The notes below the pieces were generated by a model. It did not search any database. It saw only the letters and a list, made by a program, of their open reading frames with translations, and was not told where the DNA came from. A DNA stretch of 64,000 nt, from contig DDYH01000022.1 of the NCBI GenBank assembly GCA_002347615.1, positions 1,578-65,577 on the forward strand, written 5' to 3'. Position numbers and translations under genes: made by a program. Positions 11,014 to 22,683 of this stretch are shown piece by piece. This DNA comes from Gallionellaceae bacterium UBA2239. GTDB taxonomy: Bacteria; Pseudomonadota; Gammaproteobacteria; Burkholderiales; UBA9220. The number at the start of each line of letters is the position of its first letter. The first letter of the stretch is position 1.

Positions 11014-12366
11014 TCATCCGTGGCGCCGGCGCCGCCAGACCATCGCGGCGGTGGCGAGGAAAGCCACCGGCAGGCCGAGCAGGAAGCCCAGGCCGATCAC
11101 TGCCGCCGCGGTCTTGTCCAGGGCGAAGTCGCCGTCCACCGCGGCCTTGGGCTGGATGGCGATGAGGCGGTCGTCGCCCGCCAGCCAGTTGACCAGGTTG
11201 ACCCCCAGGTCCAGGTTGCCGCCGTTGCCCAGATAGGTATTGGAGAGGAAGGCGCCGTTGCCCACGGCGACGACCCGCTGGGTCTTGTCCTTCCCTTCCC
11301 GCTCCAGGGCCACGGCCAGGGTGACGGGGCCGGGCATGTCCTGTTTCTCGTCGAAGCGCAGATCGCCGTCCAGCTTGCCGCTTTCCACCCAGCCCCGGGG
11401 GGCGGCCTCGACCAGGGGAATGGCGTGCCAGCCCGTGCGCTCTTCGACGCCGATGGGGCGGGCGAGGGGGAAGACGGTGGTCAGGTTGAAATGCTCGGTG
11501 ATGGGATGGCGGCCGTAAGCGGTGGCGAGGGCCACGGTGGGGGGCAGGCCCATGTCCTGGGCGCCGGGGTCCACCACGCTGCCGGGGGGGAGGGCCAGGC
11601 CCAGCTTGTCGGCCAGGGGGCGCAGGCCGTGGAGGGGCTCCGGGTCCACCAGCCACAGCAGGTTGCCGCCCTGGTCGAGATAGCGTTCCAACTTGTCTAC
11701 TTCGCCGGGTAGTAAATCTACTTGAGGTGCCGCGATCACCAGCAGAGCGGCGGAGGCGGGGACGTCCTGGGCCAGGGCGAGATTCACGGGGGCGGTGGCG
11801 AAGCCCTTGTCCCGCAGGCGGCGGCCGAAATCCCCCAGGTCGTGGTTGGCTTGGCCGTCCAGCTTGCGTTCGCCGTGGCCGTCCAGGTAGTACACCTGGC
11901 GCTGTTCCTTGCGGGCGAGGCCCATCAGCAGGTTGGTGAGGCTCTCCTCGTTGAGCACCGTCAGGTGTTCGCTGCGCTGGCCGTAGCGCACCACCATTTC
12001 GCCGTTGAGCTTCACCCCGGCGTCCTTGGCCAGCTTGGGCTGCTCGGTGGGGTCGACGAAGCGCAGGCTCATGTCGGGCTTGGCCCGCAGGTAGGGGGCG
12101 AGGGCTTCCCGGATCAGCGTGCGGATGTCCCCCAGGCGGGCGTCCTGGCGGGTGGCGTAGGCGGTGACCGCCACCGGGCCGTCCAGGGCCTTCAGCACCT
12201 TGAGGCTGGCGTCGCTCACCGAGTTGCGGCCGATGGCGGTGGCGTCCCATTGGGCGTGGTGGCGCTGGGACAGGGTCACCAGCAGTCCGGCCAGGGCCAG
12301 GAGCAGGAGGGTGAACAGCCAGTTGTGCAGCGCGAGCTGGAGGCGGGCCTTACGGTTCGTTTTCAT
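11014..12366 (-). CDS. GldG-like ABC transporter auxiliary protein
   Basis: Start MKTNRKARLQLALHNWLFTLLLLALAGLL (ATG at 12366), with a C-terminal TM segment. Typical partner of the ABC-2 permease and ATPase upstream. The track ORF extends spuriously to 13056. Confidence 0.7.
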   Translation of the reverse strand: MKTNRKARLQLALHNWLFTLLLLALAGLLVTLSQRHHAQWDATAIGRNSVSDASLKVLKALDGPVAVTAYATRQDARLGDIRTLIREALAPYLRAKPDMSLRFVDPTEQPKLAKDAGVKLNGEMVVRYGQRSEHLTVLNEESLTNLLMGLARKEQRQVYYLDGHGERKLDGQANHDLGDFGRRLRDKGFATAPVNLALAQDVPASAALLVIAAPQVDLLPGEVDKLERYLDQGGNLLWLVDPEPLHGLRPLADKLGLALPPGSVVDPGAQDMGLPPTVALATAYGRHPITEHFNLTTVFPLARPIGVEERTGWHAIPLVEAAPRGWVESGKLDGDLRFDEKQDMPGPVTLAVALEREGKDKTQRVVAVGNGAFLSNTYLGNGGNLDLGVNLVNWLAGDDRLIAIQPKAAVDGDFALDKTAAAVIGLGFLLGLPVAFLATAAMVWRRRRHG

Positions 12367-12368
12367 CC

Positions 12369-13112
12369 TCAGCCCCCCAGCCGCTGGTTGTCCAGGCGGC
12401 GCACGGTGAAGGCCAGGAACAAAGCGGCGAATACCAGGAAATAGGCGATGTCGGCGCTGTCCACCAGGCCCCGGTTGAAACTCTCGAAATGCTTGAGCAG
12501 GGACAGGGTGTGCAGGGCGCTGTTGGGGTCGGTGACCGCCATGTTGACCACCCACAGGCCGAGAAAGGCCCCCAGGCTGGAGATGCCGGCCAGGGTGGGG
12601 GAGGCGGTGAGGCTGGAGAAGAACAGCCCCAGGGCGGCGAAGGCGGCGGCCAGGAGCAGCAGGCCCAGCAGGTTGGCGAGCACCAGGCCGAAATCCAGGG
12701 CGCCGCCGGCGTAGAGGGACAGGGCCATCAGGGCCGGCAGGGCGGCCACGGCGGCGAGGAAGGCCAGCAGGCCGAGGAACTTGCCGAGGACGATTTCCGT
12801 CAGGCTCAGGGGGGCGGAGAAGAGAAAGGTCAGGGTGCGGTCCCGCCGCTCCCCGGCGATGAGGCGCATGCTGAGCAAGGGGGTGGCCATCAGCAGCACC
12901 AGGGCGGCGACGCCGAACAGGGGAACCGCCACCATTTCCGTCACCCCCGGCGGGTTGGCGAGTGCGGTGAGGCGGGGCTGGAGGGACAGGTAGGCGTCCA
13001 GCTGGCCGAGGAAGACGTAGGCCAGCAGCGCCTGGAGCACCGCCAGCACGCTCCACGCCAGGGGCGAACCGAACAGGGATTTGAGTTCCTTGGCGGCGAG
13101 GGTAAGAATCAC
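12369..13112 (-). CDS. ABC-2 family transporter permease
   Basis: 247 aa, six hydrophobic segments. Overlaps the stop of the ATPase gene. Confidence 0.8.
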   Translation of the reverse strand: MILTLAAKELKSLFGSPLAWSVLAVLQALLAYVFLGQLDAYLSLQPRLTALANPPGVTEMVAVPLFGVAALVLLMATPLLSMRLIAGERRDRTLTFLFSAPLSLTEIVLGKFLGLLAFLAAVAALPALMALSLYAGGALDFGLVLANLLGLLLLAAAFAALGLFFSSLTASPTLAGISSLGAFLGLWVVNMAVTDPNSALHTLSLLKHFESFNRGLVDSADIAYFLVFAALFLAFTVRRLDNQRLGG

Positions 13113-13849
13113 GGCGCGGTTTCCTCGCTCAGGGTCAGTTTCACGAACACTTCCTCCAGGCCGCCGCTGCCCGCCTGCTCCTTGAGGCTGGCCAGGGTGT
13201 CCTGGAACACCAGCTTGCCCTCGTTCATGATCTGCACCCGGTCGCAGGCGCTTTCCACCTCCGGCAGGATGTGGGTGGAGAGGATCACGCTGTGCTCGCC
13301 CCCCAGTTCCCGGATCAGGGAGCGGATTTCGCGGATTTGCAAGGGGTCGAGGCCCACCGTGGGTTCGTCCAGGATCACCACCTCGGGGTTGTGGACGATG
13401 GCCTGGGCGATGCCCAGCCGCTGGCGGTAGCCCTTGGACAGGGCGCCGATGAGCTTCCTGCCCACCTTTTTCAGGCCGCAGCGCTCCTTGGCGCGGGCCA
13501 CGGCGGCGGCGATTTCCCCTTTGCCCACCCGGTGCAGCTTCGCCGCCAGGATGAGGAATTCGTCCACCGTCAGGTCCCGGTACAGGGGCGGCGTTTCGGG
13601 CAGGTAGCCCAGGCGGGCCTTGGCTTCCCGGGGGTGCTCCCGCAAGTCCACGCCGCAGATGCGCACGCTGCCGCCGCTGGGGGCCAGGTTGCCGGTGAGC
13701 ATCTGCATGGTGGTGGACTTGCCGGCGCCGTTGGGGCCGAGGAAGCCCAGCACCTCTCCCCGGTGGAGCTCGAAGCTGACGTGGTCGACGGCCGCATGGG
13801 GCCCGTAGCGGCGGACCAGGTTGTGGGCGGTGAGGGTGGGATTCGACAT
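13109..13849 (-). CDS. ABC transporter ATP-binding protein
   Basis: Walker A GPNGAGKSTT, signature LSKGYRQR, Walker B VILDEPT. Confidence 0.9.
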   Translation of the reverse strand: MSNPTLTAHNLVRRYGPHAAVDHVSFELHRGEVLGFLGPNGAGKSTTMQMLTGNLAPSGGSVRICGVDLREHPREAKARLGYLPETPPLYRDLTVDEFLILAAKLHRVGKGEIAAAVARAKERCGLKKVGRKLIGALSKGYRQRLGIAQAIVHNPEVVILDEPTVGLDPLQIREIRSLIRELGGEHSVILSTHILPEVESACDRVQIMNEGKLVFQDTLASLKEQAGSGGLEEVFVKLTLSEETAP

Positions 13850-13964
13850 GGCTACCGGAAATCGGCCGCCCCGACGGCGGACGCTTGTGAGATGCGGCTA
13901 ATATAACCTAATATGACGCTATATTGTAGACGCCACGCGGCTCCCAACCTCTTGATCTCACCCT

Positions 13965-15710
13965 TTGGATATCGTGCCTAAATCGTCCCTCGCCCGGGCG
14001 GGTCGTCTGTCCGCTCTCGCCTTCCTGCTGCTCCTGTCCGCCTGCGCCCCCATGCAGGCCAAGCCGGCCCCCGAACCCCAGGCTGCTCCGGTGGAAGCCG
14101 CCCCCGACCTGCCGAAGCAGGAACTGACCGAGCAGGTGCTGTACGAACTGCTGCTGGCGGAAGTGGCCGGCCAGCGGGGCGACATTCCCCTGGCCTCCGA
14201 TGCCTATCTGGATCTGGCCCAGACCACCCGGGACCCGCGCCTGGTGCAGCGGGCGGTGGAAGTATCCCTGTTCGCCCGGCGCTACGACAACGCCTTGCAG
14301 GCGGCCCAGTTGTGGCTGGAACTGGAGCCCGATTCCCCCAAGGCCCTGCAAACCGTGGTGGCCCTGCTGCTCAACGGCGGCCGGCTGGTGGAGGCGCGCC
14401 CGTTGCTGGAGAAGCTCATCGCCATCGACGGCGGCAATCGGGCCAAGGGTTTTCTGCAACTGAACGGCCTGTTCAGCAAGCAGCCGGACAAGCAGGGGGT
14501 GCTGCATCTGGTGGAGGACCTGGCGCGGCCCTATCCCGACCTGCCCGAAGCCCGCTTCGCCGTGGCCCTCGCCGCCTGGGGGGCGCAGCAGCGGGAGCGG
14601 GCCCTGGCGGAAATCCGTCTCGCCCAGAGCCTGCGGCCCGACTGGGAGGCGGCGGCCCTGTTACAGGGCGAAGTGCTGCGCCACGGCGCCCCCGGCGAGG
14701 CGAAGGCGTTTTACGGCAATTTCCTCAAGACCTATCCCAAGGCGCGGGAAGTGCGGCTGGCCTACGCCCGCCTGCTGGTGGGCGAGAAGGACTTCGCCGA
14801 GGCCCGGGCCCAGTTCCGCCAGCTTTCCGCCGAATTCCCGGGCAGCCCCGAGGTGTCCCTGGCCATCGGCCTCCTGTCCCTGCAACTGGGGGACCTGGAC
14901 AGCGCCGAGGAATATCTGAAGCAGGCCCTGGAGCGGCGCTACGCCGACCCGGATTCGGTCTACCTCTACCTTGGCCAGGTGAGCGAAACCCGCGGCCGTC
15001 CGGAAGAGGCCTTGGAGCGCTACGGCAAGGTGGGCCAGGGAGAATCCTACCTGCCGGCCCAGATGCGCATCGCCGGCATTCTGGCGAAGCAGGGGGGCGT
15101 GGACGCCGGGCTGGCCCATCTGCGCCAGGTGATCCCCGCCGACCTGGGCCAGCAGACCCAGCTGGCCCAGGCGGAAGCCCAGCTGCTGCGGGACGCCAAG
15201 GACCACCGCCGGGCCTTCGAGGTGCTGGGGCGGGCCCTGAAGAAGCAGCCCAACAGCCCGGACCTGCTCTACGACCAGGCCCTGGCGGCGGAGAAGATCG
15301 GCCGCATGGACGTGCTGGAAAAGAACCTGCGCAAGGCCATCGAGTTCAAGCCGGATTTCGCCCAGGCCTACAATGCCCTGGGCTATACCTACGCCGACCG
15401 CAACGAGCGCCTGGATGAGGCAAAGAAGCTGCTGGACAAGGCTATCGAACTGTCTCCCGAGGATCCCTTCATCCTCGACAGCCTGGGCTGGCTCCACTAC
15501 CGCCGCCACGATCTGGTGCAGGCCGAGAACTACCTGCGGCGCGCCATGGCCGCCAAGCCCGACCCGGAAATCGCCGCCCACCTGGGCGAGGTGCTGTGGG
15601 CTCGGGGGCATCGGGACGAGGCCCGGAAAGTGTGGCGCGAGGCCTTCCAGGGCCACCCGGACAACGACGCCCTGCGGGACACCCTGAAGAAATTCCAAGT
15701 CCAGCCATGA
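13965..15710 (+). CDS. TPR-repeat lipoprotein
   Basis: Lipobox LLLLSAC. Repeated TPR-like helices throughout. Conserved position upstream of lolB-ispE. The start is TTG at 13965 or GTG at 13974. Confidence 0.7.
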   Translation: MDIVPKSSLARAGRLSALAFLLLLSACAPMQAKPAPEPQAAPVEAAPDLPKQELTEQVLYELLLAEVAGQRGDIPLASDAYLDLAQTTRDPRLVQRAVEVSLFARRYDNALQAAQLWLELEPDSPKALQTVVALLLNGGRLVEARPLLEKLIAIDGGNRAKGFLQLNGLFSKQPDKQGVLHLVEDLARPYPDLPEARFAVALAAWGAQQRERALAEIRLAQSLRPDWEAAALLQGEVLRHGAPGEAKAFYGNFLKTYPKAREVRLAYARLLVGEKDFAEARAQFRQLSAEFPGSPEVSLAIGLLSLQLGDLDSAEEYLKQALERRYADPDSVYLYLGQVSETRGRPEEALERYGKVGQGESYLPAQMRIAGILAKQGGVDAGLAHLRQVIPADLGQQTQLAQAEAQLLRDAKDHRRAFEVLGRALKKQPNSPDLLYDQALAAEKIGRMDVLEKNLRKAIEFKPDFAQAYNALGYTYADRNERLDEAKKLLDKAIELSPEDPFILDSLGWLHYRRHDLVQAENYLRRAMAAKPDPEIAAHLGEVLWARGHRDEARKVWREAFQGHPDNDALRDTLKKFQVQP

Positions 15711-16252
15711 GGCACGGCCTGCGCCGGCTCCTGGGAGCCGGTTTCCTGCTGCTCCTCGCCGGCTGCGCCGCCCTCCCGCCCCAGGAGGGCGCCCCCTTCA
15801 AGGCCGCCGACGGCGGCTTTCTTCTCACCGGCAAGCTCAGCGTGGTCTACGACGGGCAGGGATTTTTCGGCAATCTGCGCTGGCGCCACGGCCCCGACCA
15901 CGACGACATGATGCTCCTCACCCCCCTCGGCCAGGGCGTGGCCCAGCTGGTGCGGGACGGCGGCGGGGTGACCCTGACCACGTCCGAGCGCAAGACCTAC
16001 CGGGCCCCCGATGCGGAAACCCTGACCGAAGAAGTTCTGGGCTGGCGCCTGCCCCTGGCGGGGCTGCCCTACTGGGTGCGGGGGCTGCCCGCTCCCGGAA
16101 GCTACGAGCGGGAAAACGGCGGCCTGCGCCAGAACGGCTGGCTGATCGAGTGGGAGCGCCGCGCCGAGGGCGTGCCGGCCCTCACCCTGATGCGGCGGGA
16201 CAACCTGGAGGTCAAGCTGGCGGTGGATTCCTGGCAGGGGGTGGCGCCATGA
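15707..16252 (+). CDS. lolB: Outer-membrane lipoprotein insertion protein LolB
   Basis: [20 protein letters not shown] lipobox. About 180 aa. ATG overlaps the upstream stop. Lies upstream of ispE. Confidence 0.75.
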   Translation: MRHGLRRLLGAGFLLLLAGCAALPPQEGAPFKAADGGFLLTGKLSVVYDGQGFFGNLRWRHGPDHDDMMLLTPLGQGVAQLVRDGGGVTLTTSERKTYRAPDAETLTEEVLGWRLPLAGLPYWVRGLPAPGSYERENGGLRQNGWLIEWERRAEGVPALTLMRRDNLEVKLAVDSWQGVAP

Positions 16253-17088
16253 GCGGCGTCCTGGTGTGCCCGGCTCCCGCCAAGCTCAACCTGTTCCTCC
16301 ACGTGGTGGGGCGGCGGCCCGATGGCTACCACCTGCTGCAAAGCGTGTTCCGCTTCCTGGATTACGGCGACGAACTGCGTTTTTCCCTGCGCGCCGACGG
16401 CGCGGTGACGCGCGCCAACCCCCTCCCCGGCGTCGACCCGGAGCAGGACCTGACGGTGCGCGCCGCCCGCCTGCTGCAACGGGAAACCGGCTGCGCCCTG
16501 GGGGTGGACATCCACCTGGAAAAGCGCCTGCCCATGGGGGGCGGCCTGGGGGGCGGCAGCTCCGACGCCGCCACCGTGCTGCTGGCGTTGAACCGCCTCT
16601 GGGAGCTGAAGCTGCCGCGGGCGGAACTGGAGCGCCTGGGGCTGCAACTGGGGGCCGACGTGCCGGTGTTCGTTTATGGCCGCAGCGCTTTCGCCGAAGG
16701 GGTGGGGGAAGTGTTGCAGCCGGTGGACTTGCCCCCGGCGTGGTACGCGGTGCTGGTGCCTCCGGTGCATGTCCCGACGCCGGAAATTTTTGGCGACCGG
16801 GAATTGACACGAAATACGATTCCCATCACAATAGCGGCCTTTCTGACGGGCATGGGGCACAACGACCTGGAGCCGGTGGTGTGCCGCAGGCACCCGCAGG
16901 TGGCCGAATACCTGGAATGGCTGAAGGGATTCGGCGATGCCAGGATGACCGGTTCGGGAGCATGCGTTTTCGCCGCATTCGCCACGCGGGACGAGGCCGA
17001 GGCGGTGATGGCCGCCAAGCCGGATTCCATGGGGGGCTTCATGGCGCAAGGCATGGACCGCCACCCGTTGTACGATTTTGCAGACTAG
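16249..17088 (+). CDS. ispE: 4-diphosphocytidyl-2-C-methyl-D-erythritol kinase
   Basis: [11 protein letters not shown]...RPDGYH and GHMP-kinase motif [14 protein letters not shown]. Confidence 0.9.
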   Translation: MSGVLVCPAPAKLNLFLHVVGRRPDGYHLLQSVFRFLDYGDELRFSLRADGAVTRANPLPGVDPEQDLTVRAARLLQRETGCALGVDIHLEKRLPMGGGLGGGSSDAATVLLALNRLWELKLPRAELERLGLQLGADVPVFVYGRSAFAEGVGEVLQPVDLPPAWYAVLVPPVHVPTPEIFGDRELTRNTIPITIAAFLTGMGHNDLEPVVCRRHPQVAEYLEWLKGFGDARMTGSGACVFAAFATRDEAEAVMAAKPDSMGGFMAQGMDRHPLYDFAD

Positions 17089-17094
17089 ATTTCT

Positions 17095-17170
17095 TGGGGC
17101 GTCGCCAAGTTGGTAAGGCACCGGATTTTGATTCCGGCATTCGTTGGTTCGAGTCCAGCCGCCCCAGCCA
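17095..17170 (+). tRNA. tRNA-Gln (anticodon UUG), CCA encoded
   Basis: Cloverleaf: acceptor tggggcg/cgcccca; anticodon stem ccgga/tccgg with loop ttTTGat; T-arm ggttcgagtcc. Confidence 0.9.
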
Positions 17171-17180
17171 TAAAATAAAA

Positions 17181-17216
17181 GCGTGTACTTCCTTAAGTTA
17201 CACGCTTTTTTGTTTT
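17181..17216 (+). terminator. Rho-independent terminator after tRNA-Gln
   Basis: gcgtgta...tacacgc stem followed by ttttttgtttttt. Confidence 0.6.
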
Positions 17217-17236
17217 TTCTTTGCAGGGGAAAAGGC

Positions 17237-18187
17237 GTGGCAAACCGCGACTTGATTATCTTTACCGGCAACGCGAATCCCAAGCTGGCCGAGGATGTGG
17301 CGAAGCACCTCAACACCCGCCTCGGGCGCGCCACGGTGGGCCGTTTCAGCGACGGCGAAGTGATGGTCGAGGTCCTCGACCACGTGCGCGGCAAGGATGT
17401 GTTCGTGCTGCAGTCCACCTGCGCTCCCACCAACGACACCCTGATGGAAGTGATGGTCATCGTGGACGCCCTCAAGCGCGCCTCCGCCGGGCGCATCACC
17501 GCCGCCATCCCCTACTTCGGCTATGCCCGCCAGGACCGCCGCCCCCGCTCCGCCCGGGTGGCGATCACCGCCAAGGTGGTGGCCGACATGCTGGCCGGCG
17601 TGGGCGTCGACCGCCTGCTCACCATGGACCTGCACTCCGACCAGATCCAGGGCTTCTTCGACATCCCGGTGGACAATATCTATGCCGCCCCCATCCTGAT
17701 GGGCGACATCTGGAAGAACAATTTCGACAACCTGATGGTGGTGTCTCCCGACGTGGGGGGCGTGGTGCGGGCCCGTGCCATCGCCAAGCGCCTGGACTGC
17801 GACCTGGGCATCATCGACAAGCGCCGTCCCAAGCCCAACGTGGCCAAGGTGATGCACATCATCGGCGACGTGAAGGGCCGCAACTGCGTGCTGATGGACG
17901 ACCTGGTGGATACCGCCAACACCCTGTGCGAAGCCGCCAACGCCCTCAAGGAACACGGCGCCGCCAGCGTGCGCGCCTACTGCACCCACCCGGTGCTGTC
18001 CGGCCCGGCGGTGGAGCGTATCGAGAATTCCAATCTGGACGAGTTGGTGGTCACCGACACCATCCCCCTGCGGGAAGAAGCCCGGCGCTGCGGCCGCATC
18101 CGCCAGGTATCCATTGCCGAACTGCTGGCGGAAACGGTGCGCCGGATCAACAACGATGAGTCCGTCAGTTCGCTGTTCATGGAATGA
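17237..18187 (+). CDS. prs: Ribose-phosphate pyrophosphokinase
   Basis: [29 protein letters not shown]-binding loop DDLVDTANT. The GTG at 17237 is preferred because the track start at 17183 lies inside the terminator. Confidence 0.9.
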   Translation: MANRDLIIFTGNANPKLAEDVAKHLNTRLGRATVGRFSDGEVMVEVLDHVRGKDVFVLQSTCAPTNDTLMEVMVIVDALKRASAGRITAAIPYFGYARQDRRPRSARVAITAKVVADMLAGVGVDRLLTMDLHSDQIQGFFDIPVDNIYAAPILMGDIWKNNFDNLMVVSPDVGGVVRARAIAKRLDCDLGIIDKRRPKPNVAKVMHIIGDVKGRNCVLMDDLVDTANTLCEAANALKEHGAASVRAYCTHPVLSGPAVERIENSNLDELVVTDTIPLREEARRCGRIRQVSIAELLAETVRRINNDESVSSLFME

Positions 18188-18296
18188 TTTCCTCCCAAAC
18201 TGACCATGAACTTTGTTGCCCCCGCTTGCCGTACTGGTTTGTACTGTCTGCGCGGGGGCGTCGCGTTCCTGGCCGATTTGGAATGAAATAAGGTTT

Positions 18297-18326
18297 CGCG
18301 GGGCCGGGTTTCCGGCCCCGCTTTTG
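18297..18326 (+). terminator. Rho-independent terminator after prs
   Basis: cgcggggccgg-gttt-ccggccccgc followed by ttttg. Confidence 0.6.
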
Positions 18327-18370
18327 CAACACGTCGTCTGGTCGCGGGCGGCGTACTTTAGGAGAAAACG

Positions 18371-18976
18371 ATGAAAATCGAAATCAACGCCAACACGCGT
18401 GAACTGCAGGGATCGAGTGCGAGCCGCCGCCTGCGTCGCGCCGGCCGGGTTCCCGGCATCGTCTATGGCGGCGGCGAAGACGCCACCCCCATCGACATGG
18501 ACCACAACGAGCTGTTCCACGCCCTGCGCAACGAAGCCTTCCACGCTTCCGTGCTGACCATGATCCTGGACGGCAAGAAGGTCCAGGTGCTGCTGCGCGA
18601 CACCCAGATGCACGCCTTCAAGCCCCTGGTGGAGCATGCCGACTTCCAGCGCGTCAACGCCAAGGAAAAGATCCACATGAAAGTGCCGTTCCACTTCGTC
18701 AACGCCGATGTCGCCCCCGGCGTGAAGCTGGCCCACAGCACCGTCACCCACATCATGACCGAAGCCGACGTGGCCTGCCTGCCCAAGGACCTGCCCGAGT
18801 TCATCGAGGTGGACCTGGGTAACCTCCAGGCCGGTCATTCCGTGCACCTGTCCGACATCAAGCTGCCCAAGGGCGTCGAGTTCGTGGACGTGGTTCACGG
18901 CAACGACAAGGGCGTCGCCACCATCCCCGTCCCCCGCGGCGGCATGGGCGAGGCCGGCGAGGCGGCTGCGGAGTAA
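18371..18976 (+). CDS. rplY: 50S ribosomal protein L25 / general stress protein Ctc
   Basis: 201 aa. [16 protein letters not shown] and the two-domain Ctc pattern. prs-rplY-pth-ychF order. Confidence 0.9.
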   Translation: MKIEINANTRELQGSSASRRLRRAGRVPGIVYGGGEDATPIDMDHNELFHALRNEAFHASVLTMILDGKKVQVLLRDTQMHAFKPLVEHADFQRVNAKEKIHMKVPFHFVNADVAPGVKLAHSTVTHIMTEADVACLPKDLPEFIEVDLGNLQAGHSVHLSDIKLPKGVEFVDVVHGNDKGVATIPVPRGGMGEAGEAAAE

Positions 18977-18996
18977 TTCGCGCTTCCTGCAACAAC

Positions 18997-19029
18997 GGCC
19001 CGTCGCCTGCGCGACGGGCCTTGTTTTTT
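18997..19029 (+). terminator. Rho-independent terminator or attenuator after rplY
   Basis: ggcccgtcgc-ctgc-gcgacgggcc followed by ttgtttttt. Confidence 0.6.
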
Positions 19030-19045
19030 GAGCGTCACGGGAATT

Positions 19046-19638
19046 ATGGATAACGGCATCCGCCTCATCGTCGGCCTGGGCAACCCCGGCAAGGAGTACG
19101 AGGACACCCGCCACAACGCCGGCTTCTGGCTGGTGGAACGGCTGGCCGGCGAACTGCACGGCGCGTTCCGGGCCGAGGCCAAGTTTCACGGCCTGGCGGC
19201 CAAGGTTTCCCTGGAGCGCCGGGACCTGTGGCTGCTCAAGCCCCAGACCTACATGAACGCCAGCGGCCGGGCGGTGGCGGCCCTGGCCGGGTTCTACAAG
19301 ATCGCCGCGGCGGAAATCCTGGTGGTCCACGATGAACTGGACCTGCCTCCGGGGGCGGCCAAGCTCAAGAAGGGCGGCGGCCACGCCGGCCACAACGGCC
19401 TGCGGGACATCGCCGCCGCCCTCAAGACGCCGGATTTCTGGCGCCTGAGGTTAGGGATAGGCCACCCCGGCGACCGGGCCAAGGTGGTGGATTTCGTTCT
19501 CCATCCGCCGCGCAAGGAAGAAGCCGAAGCCATCGGCGAAGCCATCGACCAGTCGCTGCCGGTGATCCGTCCCCTGGCCCGGGGGGATTTTGCGGCGGCC
19601 ATGCACCAGCTGCACACGAAAGATAAAGGACCAGCAAA

Positions 19639-19642
<4 letters not shown>
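19046..19642 (+). CDS. pth: Peptidyl-tRNA hydrolase
   Basis: [21 protein letters not shown] and GHNGLRD motifs. ATG at 19046 is preferred over TTG at 19028. Confidence 0.9.
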
Positions 19643-20727
<1,085 letters not shown>

Positions 20728-20890
20728 ACAAGCTTTCGAACTTTGGCGAACCAAAACGAACAACGTAATGCGCATAACTACACGTTTTATATTACAGAAA
20801 GGGCCGTGATTAGCCGTTAGATTCCGTTGTCAGCCGGGTATTAACCGGGTACGAAAAAACCGGGTATGACTTGAACTCGGAGACTCGGTC

Positions 20891-22159
20891 ATGTTGAACG
20901 ACACCCAATGCCGCAATGCCAAGCCCCAGGACAAGCCCTACAAGCTAAAAGATAGCAACGGGCTGTATCTGGAAATCAAGCCCAACGGCGTCAAGGCATG
21001 GCGCTATCGTTTCGAGTTGCGCGAAGACGGCAAGATCAAAGAGAGCGTCTTTGCCGTTGGCGACTACACCAGCGCACCGAGCGGCGAAACCCCGGAAGAA
21101 GCCAAGGCGCGGCGCGATGGCAGGCGCTTTACGCTGGCCGAAGCACGGGATGAGCGCACCAAGGCGCGGGCGCTGGTGAAACAGGGAATCAACCCCGCGC
21201 AGCATCGGCAGCTTGAGCGCATCAAGCGCGAACAGGAAAACGCGACCACCTTCGAGGCGGTGGCCAAGGAATGGCTGGCCTTGAAGGACTGGGAGGATGT
21301 GACCAAGAAGCGCCGGTTGGACATGCTCACGCGGGTGGTGTTTCCCACTATCGGCCAGATGCCGGTGAAGCAGATCACGCCGCCGGTCATCCTCGGCATC
21401 CTCAAGAAGGCTGCCGAGAAAAACGGCGTGTCCGTCATGAACGAAGCCAAGCGCACCCTGTTTGGCGTCTTCGAGTTGGCCGCCGAAACCTTCCGTGTCG
21501 AGTCCAATCCCGTGCATCAGTGGCGCGAAGCCCTGCCGAAGAACAAGACCCAGCACAAGCGTCCCCTAGAGATTGCCGAGATCGGCCAACTGCTGCGCGA
21601 CGTCGAAGGCCACGGCGGGCGGCATGAAACCATCACGGCATTCCGCCTGATGTGGCTGACGCTGACCCGCCCCAGCGAAGCAGTGGAGGCGCGTTGGGAC
21701 GAGTTCGACCTGGACGCAGCCCTCTGGCGCATCCCCGCCGAGCGGATGAAGAAACGCAGGGAGCATGTCGTTCCCCTGCCCACACAAGCCGTGGAAATGC
21801 TGCGCGCCTTGCGCGGCCTTACTGGTCGCCACGCGCATCTGTTCCCACACCGCGACGACAAGACCAAACCCATGGCAATGGCATCATTCCGCCAAGCATT
21901 GAATGTGCTGGGCTGGGCTGGCAAATTCAGCCCCCATGCAACACGCACCACCGGCAGCACGCGCCTCAATGAAATGGGCTACTCGTCGAACTGGATCGAG
22001 CGTCAGTTGGCCCATGCCGAACCCAATGCAGTACGGCGCACCTACAACCATGCCGAGCACCTGGCCGACCGCGCCAAGATGATGCAGCAATGGGCCGACA
22101 TGCTTGATAGCTGGAAGAAGGGCGACAGCAATGTAACGCCCATCCGGCAGGCGGCGTAA
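20891..22159 (+). CDS. int: Tyrosine-type site-specific integrase (P4-like, DUF4102-type N-terminus)
   Basis: N-terminus LNDTQCRNAKPQDKPYKLKDSNGLYLEIKPNGVKAWRYRF. Catalytic-domain pattern R...HATRTTGST...LAH...RRTYNH. Confidence 0.9.
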   Translation: MLNDTQCRNAKPQDKPYKLKDSNGLYLEIKPNGVKAWRYRFELREDGKIKESVFAVGDYTSAPSGETPEEAKARRDGRRFTLAEARDERTKARALVKQGINPAQHRQLERIKREQENATTFEAVAKEWLALKDWEDVTKKRRLDMLTRVVFPTIGQMPVKQITPPVILGILKKAAEKNGVSVMNEAKRTLFGVFELAAETFRVESNPVHQWREALPKNKTQHKRPLEIAEIGQLLRDVEGHGGRHETITAFRLMWLTLTRPSEAVEARWDEFDLDAALWRIPAERMKKRREHVVPLPTQAVEMLRALRGLTGRHAHLFPHRDDKTKPMAMASFRQALNVLGWAGKFSPHATRTTGSTRLNEMGYSSNWIERQLAHAEPNAVRRTYNHAEHLADRAKMMQQWADMLDSWKKGDSNVTPIRQAA

Positions 22160-22448
22160 CGGACAAGGGCAAACATCCCTGACCGCCTGCGCGCGTCAGC
22201 GGCTCGCAACGGAGTCGAATTGCTCCAGATGGCTTATCGTGACACCGCTGCACCCGCTCCCCGGCGACATGGGGGCCGAGATACCACTGTCGGCGCAGTA
22301 ATTCAGTGACCTGCATCTCGCCGAGTCCGAAGCGATAACCGGACTGAGGCCGATCTCCACGCCAAAGCAGGGAAAGTTCTGGAGGCAACGGTGAATTACG
22401 CCGTGGCCGCCCTTTCCAAATTCGCGGCGGCACGGACTGGAGATCGAC

Positions 22449-22673
22449 ATGACCACTGAACACAACACCTTCCGCCTTCCCGAAACCGGCTTCCTGCGCT
22501 TGCCGCAGATCATCGGCGATCCGAAAACGGGCCTGCCACCCATCATCCCCGTCAAGAAAACCTGCTGGTGGGCCGGCGTCAAATCCGGGCGCTTCCCCAA
22601 GCCGGTGAAACTCGGCCCTCGCGTGACGGCGTGGCGCGTCGAGGACATCCGCGCTTTGATCGCAGCGGCATAG
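22449..22673 (+). CDS. alpA: AlpA family phage regulatory protein / excisionase-like
   Basis: 74 aa. LRLPQI...PVKKTCWWAGVKSGRFPKPVKLGPRVTAWRVEDI is the AlpA/MerR-like HTH pattern. Confidence 0.8.
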   Translation: MTTEHNTFRLPETGFLRLPQIIGDPKTGLPPIIPVKKTCWWAGVKSGRFPKPVKLGPRVTAWRVEDIRALIAAA

Positions 22674-22683
22674 GGCGGCAACG

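Noticed and set aside
22160-22448. Possible structured RNA or toxin-gene remnant in the int-alpA spacer (minus-strand reading ...YRFGLGEMQVTELLRRQWYL).
   Set aside because: I recall that an int-alpA RNA motif has been described for such spacers, but I cannot recognise its consensus by eye. The ParE-like resemblance of the minus-strand reading is too weak. It needs an Rfam/Infernal scan.
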